From Penicillus capitatus (Eukaryota; Plantae; Chlorophyta), in assembly GCA_965649825.1 (NCBI GenBank), contig OZ287697.1:496001-560000 (forward strand): DNA of 64,000 bases, written 5' to 3'. Of the stretch, positions 35,808-47,978 are shown piece by piece (position 1 is the stretch's first letter; every line of letters begins with the position of its first letter). A program made the translations under genes and the position numbers. Under the pieces are notes generated by a model. The model saw nothing but the letters and a program-made list of their open reading frames with translations, was not told the origin of the DNA and did no database searches.

Positions 35808-36235
35808 ACCGACGCGTTTCTCAAAAAAAAAAAAAACGCATCGTAGGTTGAGAATCGTACGGAGCTGAGGGAATAACCTGCAGCACGTGCAGCGGAAAGT
35901 CTCTGCATCGAATTGGATTGGATGTGCATTGGTTAAACATGTGCGCCGTGTTCAATCGTTCAAATCGTTTTCTTATCGTTAGAACGTCACCATCTGCTCA
36001 AGAAGACTAAGTCCTGCGCTCAAATCATGTTAAGTGAATCGCCAATGCTTCAAAAAAATCGAAGCATTTTTGGCTTCGATCATCGTTTGTATACGGACCA
36101 GAGGGAATTCCACTCGGCTGAGATGTGTTTGTTTTAGTGCCAGAACTGAAGAATACACGCAATCGTCCATCGAAACGGAGCCGTCAGTTGGGATTGCGGA
36201 TTTAGGGCGTGAAATGTGCGAAATGCGAGCCCCGT

Positions 36236-38004
36236 ATGTTTGTACAGGTAGTAAGAGGAATGTCATACCGAAGTGCCGTTTCCACATCGAAGGTTTCTGT
36301 TAGGGGTCTGCAAAGCGGCCCCGCGGTAAATCCTGAACGCGTCGTCCGATGGAAGGGGCCCTCGGCAAACACGAACAAACCCGTTCTCTATTGGTCTGTC
36401 TCCTGAAACACTTCCCAATACTAGACAGTCAGTCACCGAAACAGGATGTCAAGAGACATACGCGTCTCAGATAACTGGGCCCTGCTGCATGCCGTGGATG
36501 AGGCGCAGCGCACCAATTCTCCTCTCGCCACCGTCTTTACTCTGGTCACCATTTGGTGCCTCGTTCATTCGTGGATGATTCGTTTCTGCAGGTCGACGAT
36601 TTTTTGGACCGAGGCGCACGACAGGCGTGCTTTATGCTGCGAGGGCTGCAGTTAGTGGAGAGGAAGCTGAAGGAGAAAAACATTCCGTTCTTCTTGTTGC
36701 GGGGAGATCCCGGACAGACGCTGCCTGAGTTTGCGCTTCGATGCAAGGCACGTCTCATAACCATGGACTACTCTCCGTTGCGTGAGGCACGGAAATGGAA
36801 GCATGCTGTAAGCAGAGATATCTCTTCTATGTCGGAATGAGAGCTCCTTCAGGTTATGGACAACACCGGCTGCGCCTTGGAGGAAGTAGATGCTCACAAT
36901 GTTGTACCCGTCTGGCTAACGAGCTCAGTACGCGAAAAGGCGGCTTTCACCATCCGTCCGAAGATTCACTCGAGACTCGGTCAGTTTCTAACCAACTTCC
37001 CTCCGATGAAGCCTCTTCCCACAAACGCCTGGCCTGCAAGCTGCACGGCAGATCCAATCGACTGGGACGCCTTGCAGGAGGAGGCGCGGCACCGCGGGGC
37101 GGATATTCCCGAAGTGTCATGGTTGGTGCCAGGGGAAGATGCAGGGAAAGACGCTCTGGCCGCCTTTCTGCAGAGGAGAAGACTTTCATTATATGCTCCG
37201 AAGCGCAACGATCCAACTGTCCCAGAGGCACTGTCAGGATTGTCCCCCTATCTCCACTTCGGATTCTTGTCACCGCAGCGAGCGGCATTCGAGGCACAGA
37301 AGCAGCGCCAACACCTTAAGTCTGACTATTCTCTTGACCGAGCCAAAAGAGTTGCGAGCGCTGTAGGGAGAGTGTCGACAAATTTTTGGACGAACTCATC
37401 ATTTGGAGAGAGCTCTCGGAGAACCTCTGTCACTACGAGCCTCGCTACGATTCCCTGGAAGCAGCGGCTCCTTGGGCCAGGCAGACGCTGCAGGAGCACC
37501 TTGCAGACAAACGAGAGTACATGTACACGAGGTAGGACACCGCCCTTTGTCTACTCAATGCAGAAACGAGCGAAGGGAGGAGTTCGAAAAAGCGAGGACG
37601 CACGATAATCTGTGGAATGCGTGCCAAAAAGAGCTGCTCTATGCGGGAAAGCTTCATGGCTACATGCGCATGTACTGGGCCAAGAAGATCTTGGAGTGGA
37701 GCGCCACAGCTGAGGAAGCTCTAGATACGTCGATCTATATGAACGACAAGTATTCGCTTGATGGGACGGATCCTAACGGATACGCCGGATGTCAATGGTC
37801 CATCACCGGCATTCACGATCGAGTAGTCCCCGCATTCGCTGTTGCCATACAACGTCCATTGCTGCTTAGGAATTTCACGAACGCCCAGTAACTGGCAAGA
37901 TCCGTCCGATGACGTTCCGCGGATGCAAGAATAAGTTTAACGTCGATGCGTACATCGCCCGCGTTGACCGCCTCGAGAAGGAATACAAAAAACCGCTAAT
38001 CTGA
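36236..38004 (+). CDS. PHR: Class II CPD photolyase
   Basis: [69 protein letters not shown]. Several short introns. Confidence 0.95.
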
Positions 38005-38456
38005 TTGGTTTCCAAAGGTCGATTTTTTTTTTCTAGTCTCCGCTGTAGATCAAAGATGATTTATTCTTTAAAGTATTCTTTGCTTGTATGTTCTTGTTTC
38101 TGCTTCACACAGTGAGCAAATCGGATTGGATACGGTGTGGCGCAGCCGAGGCCGCGAAGGCCCTGGCATGTAGACCACGACTTTAAGCTCTTCGGCAAAG
38201 GCGTGACAATCCGAGTGTTTTCCAATCAATACTCCGAAAAGGAGACAGCAGCGAAGAGAAAAAGTAAGAATGTAGAATAGGAGCCAATGCAAATGACTAG
38301 TGTCTTATTTACAAGAAATTTGTAAACACAAAACAGAGTCCGACTGTTTTGGCTAGTTCTGCTTATCGCATCGCGTAACGTCGGACAAGTTCGGACGGAA
38401 ACGAAAGCAGTTTTTACAGCCCTGTTTTTAGAATGCAAAAAGAATGAAAGGGAAAG

Positions 38457-38872
38457 AGGACAAAAGTTTTTGTCCGGGTGGTGATGACCCTATCGTCGGC
38501 CCCCGAACTCAGCGCGACGTTGTCCTTTCCCCGCCGTAACCCATCCAACTCGGCGCGGGCTCGCCAGACTCAACCGGGTCAACTCTGATGGGACACCCTC
38601 CTCTGAGTCCGGCGCAGGAATCGAACCCCCGCGGTCGTACTTCTCGAACTGGTCCAACTGCACCATCCGCATTCGGGTCGATCCCCACAGTCGAGAAGAC
38701 GCCGTCACCAACTTATGCGCACCCCTGACGACTCTCCCGAGCACTTCCTGACGACTTTGCGGCCGTCCACCGTGTGCCCGTGACGACTTCACCGACGACT
38801 ACCTGAAGACTCTCCCGACCACTTCCTGACGACTTTGTCCACAGGTCCACCGTGTGCCCATGACGACTTCTG
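38457..38872. repeat. Host repeat copy 2 (uninterrupted; carries the empty TRIM target site)
   Basis: Reads ...GACTTTGCGG-CCGT-CCACCGTGTG... continuously, where copy 1 has CCGT-[TRIM]-CCGT. Confidence 0.95.
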
Positions 38873-39239
38873 ATGATTTTTGAGAAACGCAATTTCTCCT
38901 TCGTCAGTTTTGAACGATACTCTCGCAACTTTTTGGAAGCCTTGCTTAACCGAAACAGGACAACTGCTGAACTTTCTCTGTGCAAAGTGAAACTCTGCTA
39001 GTCTTTTGATATTCGATATGCAAATTTGTTATGCATCAAATTCGAGACTTAAATCTGAGGAACTCAAACGGAGACCTTCGATTGTAGTACCACTGCGCGC
39101 ATTTTAGATTTTTCTTTCGATCTCGTTATGTAAAAGAATACAGCAAAGTTTGTTTCACTTCGGTTCTTGAACAATCCAATCCTTTGGAACTGGGGCGTTT
39201 AAGTTCATTGTGAATCACCCTTCGACGCTCAGGGCTCTT

Positions 39240-40730
39240 ATGATGTACATGGAAAATGTTCTGGAGTGGTTGAAGCTGAATGTACAACTTCCCGACAGCC
39301 TTTCAGGCAGCGAAGACGGATCGTTGTAGAAGCTGGATGTCTGCGTCGAGGCATTCAAATCCTGAAGAAGTTAAAAAAGGCTGGCATCGTGTCGAGAACT
39401 TTACAGAGAAATCCTGCGATCTGCTTGGAAAGAAGAATGCCAAGCGGTTGTTTTTCCTAATCGATGCTTTTGTGGATGTTGAAATCGTACTGGGTTTGAT
39501 TGAGACAGACAGAGAAGGCATGTTCAGTTGAAGTGGACGGATACACGCGGTTCTAGAAATGGCCGGAGGGCGAGACATCACGCGGCGAATATTGACAGGT
39601 GCATTGAACCTTACACGATTCTGAAGAGAAGCGATGTTTATCTCAGACACCAAGTGATTTCTTGCTAATGGGTACAAAACAGATGAAGCGTTCGAAATCC
39701 TTATCTACGAGATCGAAGCATGCCAATGAAAAGACGAGGTGAAAGAGAGACATCCGTGGATATGGGAAAAGGAGATGATTACTCTCATCAGAGAATGCAT
39801 CAAATGGTCACTTAACACAGTGATCATCCGCACGATCTTAACAACAGGAAAAGCATAGTACCATTAGAGACGAAGGGACTTGCAATGGGATACAGTCTTG
39901 GTCCCTGCGCTGCATGTGTGACTCCGTAGGCATTGTATGAGAAACCGGCAAAGAAGCACTTTATGAGAGCATGTGGATACATGGACGTTATATAGATGTT
40001 GTGATACTCATCACACGCCAGGAAAGTACTCTTAATTGGAAAGAAGAAGTGGCTGTATGGCTGAAGGTCACATATACCGACAGATTGGAGACCATCAAAC
40101 TCACAGCGACCCATGGAATGAACTCCGACAGCGTGCCTTTCCTCTTTCTAGATATAGAAACGGACATTTAGAAACGGACATTGAAGGGAGCATCAGCAAC
40201 AAGGTAGATACATCTTGTTTTAGTAAACCACCAGTACGTTTTAGTATATCGAGCAATCCAGAATACATCCGTTCAAGATGTTTAAGGCCATTGTGCAACA
40301 AGAAACCAGATGCATGATAGGCGACAACATTAAGAATGAAAATGTTGTTTAAACTGCTGAAAGAAGAGGCAATTCGTTACATCAGAAGAGACTACCATGT
40401 TAAAGAATTGTGGCAATAGATACATTATGCAGTGAAAACAAATGCAAAAGGGAAGGTTTGTCAGAAGCAACGCAAGGGATTACGACAGTTTGAAAGAAGA
40501 TAGCTGGAGCGTCGCAGAAAGCCCTTTGATCAGAGCAGTCGGATATGAAGATCCCGTCAAACACATTCAACAAAAAAACCAACAAGATTAAAAACCGGGA
40601 TCAGTTTCTGCCGTTAAGAATACATTTTTCTCATCAACTACGAGCCTGGAGCCCGGAAACAAGTTGCACGAAGCACACGAAGTAGCTTGTAGAAACTTGT
40701 CAATCAGTAGAAATCTTGATCAATAGCAAA
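39240..40730 (+). mobile_element. Decayed Penelope-like retroelement (PLE) reverse transcriptase
   Basis: Frameshifted motifs in the expected order: FISDTK*F...DEAFEIL, LIRECIKWSLN, TKGLAMGYSLGP (39876), RYIDVV (about 39986), SVPFLFLDI, IHPFKMFKAIVQQE, VACRNL. Many stops and frameshifts. Confidence 0.75.
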
Positions 40731-43007
40731 CTGACAGGCTTTAAGTGGTGATCTTTATTTTGAGTTAGAGTGGTTTCGAGCTCGCCAAACTAACTACTTT
40801 TGGAGGTAGACCTTGAATCGGGTTATTCAAATCTTCCGATCGATGTTAATTTGCAACCTGTTCGTTTTTCACACATGAGAAGACCTATACCTGCGAGATC
40901 TTGCCTCAGGGCTGGCCAGGCTCTACAGGACTTTTTGACAGTGGAATGAGCGACATGTTCGTGATCTTGATGTAGTGTCGTACATAGACATTTGATTGTC
41001 GGGGAGGCGAGATCCGCCATATTGCTTTCTCCATACGGATAAACCGTCGTTCTGTTGTAGCGGACCCGGTCATCGCACACGAGGAGAATGCTAGAACGTC
41101 AAACCAAGCACCCTAGTTACTCCACGCTGAATAAACCATGTAGGCATTTTCATTGAATGCACGCTCGTTCAACAAGAGTAGTAAAGCTTTAAAAGACATT
41201 CATTTACAGATACTCTCCCATTTCCCACTAGGAATTATCCCAACTTTCAAGACGCATGTACTAGGAGGCGACGAACGTTTGTTTAAAGGAGGAGTTTGTT
41301 TGGTCAATCGCCTCCAATATCCTCCTGGTCCGGCGGAACGACTATGCGAGCGCGATCGATTGCCACAGAGTCCAACATGAAAACGTCATGAACGGTAAAC
41401 TGGTATCAGTTACAATATGATTCCGAAAGGAAGCAGGTCAGCGCCAACACCGTTCAAGGCATGTCAAGTTTATGAACGCTCTTGCCTGATCTGTGATCTA
41501 CGGACTGACGACTTGTTGTTTAGAAGCGAGGACGTGTACAGTAAGTAGGTGGATTGCAGTGGTAGATAAAAGTAGTTGGAACTTGTTTGTGATTCCATGT
41601 GCGATGAGACCTCAGACATACATAAAGCAGCATCGTTTCCTTGCTACACAGACCTGTTAAGTCGAAATAAAGCGCGTTAAGTTTTATCAGAGTGCTCTGC
41701 ATTAAAACACCGCAAGTACAGTGCCGTCATCGAAAAGCGGTAGCTTTAGTAGAGTCGAAAGCTAAAGCTTCCTTGTTTAAAGCGCGAGTTAGATGAACAG
41801 GAGAGAGAGAGTAGTGAAGTTGCTAACAGGACAGAAGAAGATAATAGTAACACTAGCATCGAGGACAGTACTTTTAAGCAGTGTGCTGTCGACGGATCGA
41901 TGATTTGCTGAAGGCGAATGCGTCAGGCACACACGAACTGTTGAAACATTGCGCAGAATAAAGCACATTCCAAAAATCGTTGTTCCTTAACCAGGTAGAC
42001 GGCCAACGTCGTTTTCTAGCTGCCATAGATTCTCGACTGTCGTCGACGAAGGCACTGCATGCTTTTAACCACCTTTTCCTGAGTGGCAGAGCAACCTCGA
42101 GTACCTAAAGCACTCATTATCCCACGTGGACCAGAATGGCCGTTTTCAGATATCGGCGATAAACAAGTCATACAAGTGCGTGACTGGTCACCACTGAGCG
42201 AACACATGTTATTTATTGTTCAGAAATCTCGATCTGCGCGTCGTCTTACTGCATGCAGATTATGATTAATCACCGCAACTGTCACAGACTGCACACTCTT
42301 CACACCTTGCAAAATTCGCACGAGCGGAAAAGTAGCCTAGCCGATGATGATTCGTCGGTTGCTCTGATCTCTTCACATGGTGCTTGCTTCCCATTTCCTA
42401 AAGTACGGACTTTCAATCTTCGAAGGGCTTTTTGCTAAAGTCTCATGGACAGCAATGATCGTCAATCAATAGGTGTGGTATTCGTGTATGTTACCTGTTG
42501 AGAATGACAGCTGCTCTGCAAACGACAGACGGATGATGGAGTTGCATCTCTTACTCTTCGTCACACTGAAGCATTGGGCGGAGGTGCAGTGAAACAGACT
42601 GAGTGATGAGGTCGAGCTGAGTTCGATCCGAAACGCGTGTCAACTCCCAAAGTTTCCAATATCTAATGCGTCCTTTGTTGGGAATTCTCTTCGGTCGAAG
42701 TCGGAAATGAGGTGATGATGCGTGAAGAGACATGCATCTTACAGATGCGAATGGTTATTCCTCAATCGCTGTCAGCTCCCTCACTCAAAATCACGGCAAC
42801 GTTTTGTCGACTGCTCGGTGCGACAACGAAGCCGAAGAATTTAAAGAACGGACAGAAACGGAAAAGACAGGACCGACAGTGAGCCGCGGTACCTGTTTTG
42901 GCAGACGTGCTATGTGGTTGTTAGGCTTCTTTCGTGGAAAGACTCGTCGTATACCTGTCGTTAGCGATTGAACTAACTCCTAAGGCGGTTCCATTGACCT
43001 AGGCGAC

Positions 43008-46000
43008 ATGAGCTCAGAGGCGATACCAAATGCAGAACCCCGCGAACAGCCGCTAGGGGGAAATGCTAGTGAAACGGTTAACGTCGATTTGTCCGAACAC
43101 TCTGACAATCCGCACGAAGCCCCTAACTCTTCCGACACTCTTGCGATGATCGAACTACACTTGTACAGGCGACATGACCATGACTATGAGAACGAAACGA
43201 CGCTCTGCTGCCCTAAATCAGTATAGACAGATCTTTAAGTGAGAGATCGTCGAGAAACTCTGTTTGTGGATTTCAGATCACCATGAATGATATACTGCAG
43301 ACCGCTATGGATGACATAATGCAATATATTCCGTGCGAGATTGATCACTACATTTTCGATCCTGTTGGGAAAAGGGTCTTCCGGGAACAAGACCAAAGAA
43401 CGCTCGGCGAATTGCAGATCGAGAACAATGCTGTATTCTTTCTCATTCCTATCAAGGTTCGTTGGCGTCCATCAGCTGTTGCGAGACAGATAAGGTGTGA
43501 ACGGTAGACAAAGAGCGGGGAATATTCTGGCAGAGTGGGACTAAATAACATCGGAAACACATGCTACATGAATGCGAGTCTGCAGTGTTTGCTGCACTCG
43601 CCGGAGTTGATGCATTACTTCCTCACTGAGAAATACAAAGAAGAAACTTTAGAAGACGACTTAGATGAAGATGCGTTGAGACTCGTAGATGCTTTCTGCG
43701 ATCTCATGCAAAACGTCTGGCTGGTAAGACGGACGGCGAAGGACAGTCATGAGGGTGTGATTGCCAGACGAACCAGAGAACATATCATCCTGAGTATTTT
43801 TGGCATGAACTTAAAGCGTACAATGAGGAATTTGACAACCACTATCAGCATGATACAACAGAATTGGCCGAGACAGTGCTGGAGGGCCTGATGGAAGGCT
43901 GCAAGAGAGCCACGATGTTTGAAGCCTGCTCTTCGGAGGTTGTGCCATCCTTGTGTTCTGCTGTTTTTTATTTCTTTAGCAGGTGAAGAATGACAGCGAA
44001 ACGTCCGACGAACAGATGGCCGCCGAGTGTTGGAGACAACACAGGTGAGGAAATGAGTTGTTGATCTGAGCGAGAATCTGTGCGATTCAGGAATAGGTCG
44101 AATTCCTTCATAATGGACAAGTTTCATGGGCAATATTGTGTGCTGACACAGTGTCCAGACTGTCCCTTCAAATCGAGTATGTTTTGTTCTTTCGCTGTGC
44201 TCCACGTAGGCATTCCCCCTCCCAGTGTGCGCACCATCGTCTTTACGCTGATCGAAGTCTGTGGGAATCAGCCGCCAAAGAAGTATACCTTGGAGTTATC
44301 TTCAAACATATCGGTGGAAGACCTCTATCACGAAGCAGCGAAGCTCATTGATTGCAGGGAAGACAGGCCTTGGGAGCATCTCTGCTTCGTCCTAAAACGA
44401 GAGGAATTCATATTTCTTCAGCTTTCGGATGTGCTGGAGCGTATAAGGTACAGCAGGATAAGTACAGACGCGTTTTGTGCCCACAGATGCCTGGTTGTTT
44501 AGTGTGCACGACAAGTTGTTGCTATATTCCTACACAGGATGTGAGTATGGGCCAGCATCAGGCGGCCAGAAGACGTGTTTCATACATATGAAGGATTTTT
44601 ATGTTCCATACTACAACTCCCACCACTCCACTCTTTGCTACCGGGAGAAACGGGAATTTGGATATCCTCTTGTCCTGTGGCTACCTCACGACGACACAGA
44701 CGATTGGTCATTCTCCACAAAGAAGCGCACATTCCAAGGTAACCTAGGTGTGTCACCTGGCCTGCCTGCCATTTGCTTTGGATATTTACACGAAACGGAT
44801 GTGTTCTAGATATCTTGGAGAACTCTTTACGTCCCTTCAAGCGTCCACATATGGCTGCTCTGCAAGAAGGAGAGGAACAGAAAGACCACAAACGAGAGTC
44901 TCTGTACTTGTCCATCGAGCAGGATGCCATGGAATGTGAGGAATCTGGAAATGATCAGATGCCTGGACAAGCAACGTCTTCAGTGTCTGCCCACGGCTCC
45001 ACCTCCAACGACCGAATGGATGGCATTGGTAGAAATAATTCTATGAACGATCAGGTCGGGGAAGGCTCTCATCGCGAAGAATCAGTTGCCTCTACGAGAT
45101 TCAAACTTTACGATTTGTGCGATATCGACCGCACCGATGAGAGAGGCGAGACAAAGACCGTTCTCGTCGATTGGACTACAAATGCAGAACAGCATTACAA
45201 TCTCGAAGCACTGAGGCAGTCATTGAACAAAACAGCCAAAGGCATTAAAAATCGCAAAATGCTGAAGTGCTGTGCACTCTATGCTTGCTTGAATCACGAA
45301 TTCGATCCTCATGGTTGCGCTCCTGACGCAGACAGTTTATGGAATTGTCGTGGGTGCAACGAGAAGGTTAATGCAACCACTTCTTTGCGTCTCTGGAGAC
45401 TGCCTGATACACTGTTGATTGGACTGAAACGCTTTACGTACTGTCCAGTGAGCAGACGCTTGATTAAGACGTGTCAGTGGGTGAAATTTCCTCTCGAAGG
45501 TTTGGATTTGAGTAAATATTGTACATCCAAGGAAGGAGATGATCCTATTTACGACCTGTATGGTGTCTGTTATAATTCCGGAAGCACTCCTGAGTCAGGA
45601 CACTGCACAAGCAGTGTGAAATGTCATGATGGAAAATGGCGTTCTTTTAATGATAGCTGGGTGAAGGTTATTGATGAAGGAGACGTTGTCGCTGACGGAG
45701 CATGTCTGCTCTTCTACAGAAAGAGAAACTTGCAGAGTCCAAGCCAAAGAGAGATTTTGGAGCTCATGTTGCGAGACTTGAAACAAGAAGAACAAGCTGT
45801 TAAGTATTGCGATTCTATATTGAAGGCTGCAACACCCTCTGGAGACGCTATTGACGAGACTATACGCAGAGACGTTCATGAAAGCCATCAACTTGACGGT
45901 CACGGCAGTCATGAATACTTTAGAGAGCAAAGATATGAATCAGTGGAGGCAGGAAACGTGCATAGATCTGACGTTTTTTATGCAACCGAGAAGGGAGAAG

Positions 46001-46209
46001 TGGTTATGACAACTTCCTGGGCAAAGCAGAACGACGAACACCAAGTCAATGCTTGGTATCAAGAGTCAGATCCAATGCTTGAATCAGCTGTCGGCCTTTC
46101 ACTCGATTCAGAGAGAACGGGCATCCCGGCAACGGATACGGTGCAGATGCATGCGCCGTTTGAACGAGACATGTATGACTCCTTCCAACATGACAGTCGC
46201 ACCTCGTGA
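43008..46209 (+). CDS. USP paralog lacking the DUSP domain, strongly diverged
   Basis: GLNNIGNTCYMNASLQCL, QHD, CPDC and CRGC, YDLYGVCYNSG...GHCTS...WRSFNDS. Same intron positions as 13884-17893. The exons checked are in frame. Confidence 0.85.
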
Positions 46210-46918
46210 GGCCTTTTCAGATTTTGAGTCACTCTGTTCATTTGTTCGGGAAAGCGTTCTTTCATTCTTTTGGATCCATTCTGGCTGTTAAACAGTGCCA
46301 CGAGACTATCTCCTTTGTCAAACATGCTCGCTCTCTAAGAAAGAACGTTCTCTTCGTCCTCCCTCGCTGCTAACGAGACTCGCATCACGATGACGACTCC
46401 CTCTGCTCCTCTGCCTCCGAGCTCCTCCTAAACAGCAGAGAAGAGTGAAAAAGGGAAAGGTGCGCTGAGCAGTCCTTCTCGGTTCCCCCACCGGGTGGCC
46501 CCTTTCGGTGCTTACTTTTCGTCCTCGTCGTTGAGCCTAGACACATCACGGCTCGATCGAGCACCGGCAGCAAGGGAATCTGTACTTTGCCTTCTTGGCC
46601 GGAGGCGACGCTCGGTCGTCGGACGGATTCTGGCCTCCTATCTCCTGCTGGATTTCGTCGTTCAGTTCACTGACCGGCTGAAAGGCCATGTCCTCATCGT
46701 CTAGAACGCATTCTCTTACGATCACGGGGCTGAGGGTCCCTGCGTTTCCCACCTTCTAGACCGGACGCTGCCTCCTTGTCCGCCACGTGGATGGTCGATT
46801 TGACGGCGGGCTGATCCGATTCGGCATCCTCGAGCGGCTCTCCGCTCTCGATCCGTTGCCTTTCTTTTTCGAAGTTCTGCTCCTGTGTCTCCTGACAGGC
46901 GGCAAATGTCACCCATCA
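43140..46918. repeat. Right arm of the inverted duplication (partner 13175-17430)
   Basis: Reverse-complement alignment. Homology ends at 46918, inside a pinin intron. Confidence 0.92.
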
Positions 46919-47851
46919 AAGAGCCAGCAAGAAACGACCGCACCCGCCAGGAAGCGTGATCTGATGCATGGGAGTCCATCATGGCCTGAGTTGTCGTGCT
47001 GTGCTTTGCAGGGAGCCAGTAGATCGCTGGATGCGTGGAGGTTGACAAGAAGTGCAGCAGCAGTTCTCTGTGCTTAAGTCTCTTGGCGTATATCAACTGC
47101 AGTCCCTTTACTTTTCGCATCATGTCCAGCTCCTTCAGTTTCTCCGTCTCCTGCTGCCTGCCAGTCACATCATCCAGCCGTTCTGTCACATCACTGCATC
47201 TGCAGCGCCGATCCTCACTTCTGTTCTTCCCACTCCTTCTTCTGTTTCTCCCGCAAGCGGACGGATTCCTCAGCCGTCTTCTGTTGGGCGCGTCTTGCAA
47301 TCTCTTCTCGCTTTTTCCACTTTTCTGATTTCTCCACATTATCATTCTCTTCCCTTATTCCAAAGATATGTCCAGATATCTCGATCGAGGCCATAACGTA
47401 CCTGAATTTCTCGAGGGTACTGAGCAGGGATGAGAACATTCGCCTATTGCGATTCTTCATCTTTGGATCATCATCCATTCCGTGCGTCGCAGGACGTTTC
47501 AGAATCACTGGGGGTATAAAATCTCTCTACATTCACCACCATATGCCTCGGCATCTTTCTATTCCCCTCACCTGAGCATCATCTCTATACGGTCCAGCAA
47601 TGGATGAGGCCACACGTGGCTCCGGAACATTCCTTTCAGTCTACAGTTCTCGTCTGTCGACTATCCTTAGTTTGTTGTCCGATACGCACCGTCGGCACTC
47701 CAGTGTCATTCCAGCGTCCTCCGTCTGGCGGCTGGAAGCTTCTTCCAAAGAATCGCCCGCGACCGCGTCCACGAAAACGTCCTCTCCCACGACCACGTCC
47801 CCTTCCATATACCTCGAAGAGACGGTCGTTGGTCTGGATAGTGTCAGCCAT
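46512..47851 (-). CDS. PNN: Pinin/SDK/MemA protein
   Basis: RG-rich N-terminus, KNRNRRMFSSLLSTLEKFR, coiled coil, FLSTSTHPAIYWLPAKH. Confidence 0.88.
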
Positions 47852-47978
47852 CAGAGTATCGGAAGCACGACAGGAGACAGGAAAGTACCTGTCGGTATTC
47901 GTGATCGATCTGGCGGATTTCGGCCGAGAGCTCCTGCACGTTGAAGTCCATGGCGCGAAAGGGCGGAATGAGACGGTG

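Noticed and set aside
39529-39729. In-frame TGA cluster considered as evidence of a variant genetic code or selenoprotein
   Set aside because: Host genes use TGA, TAA and TAG as ordinary stops, and the relic also has TAG stops and frameshifts.
41150-41480. Faint Merlin/IS1595- or Tc1-like transposase words (GGDERLF, HRVQH, SANTVQGMSS) spread over three frames
   Set aside because: The motifs are too short and degenerate, and I found no terminal inverted repeats or TSD. It needs an HMM search.
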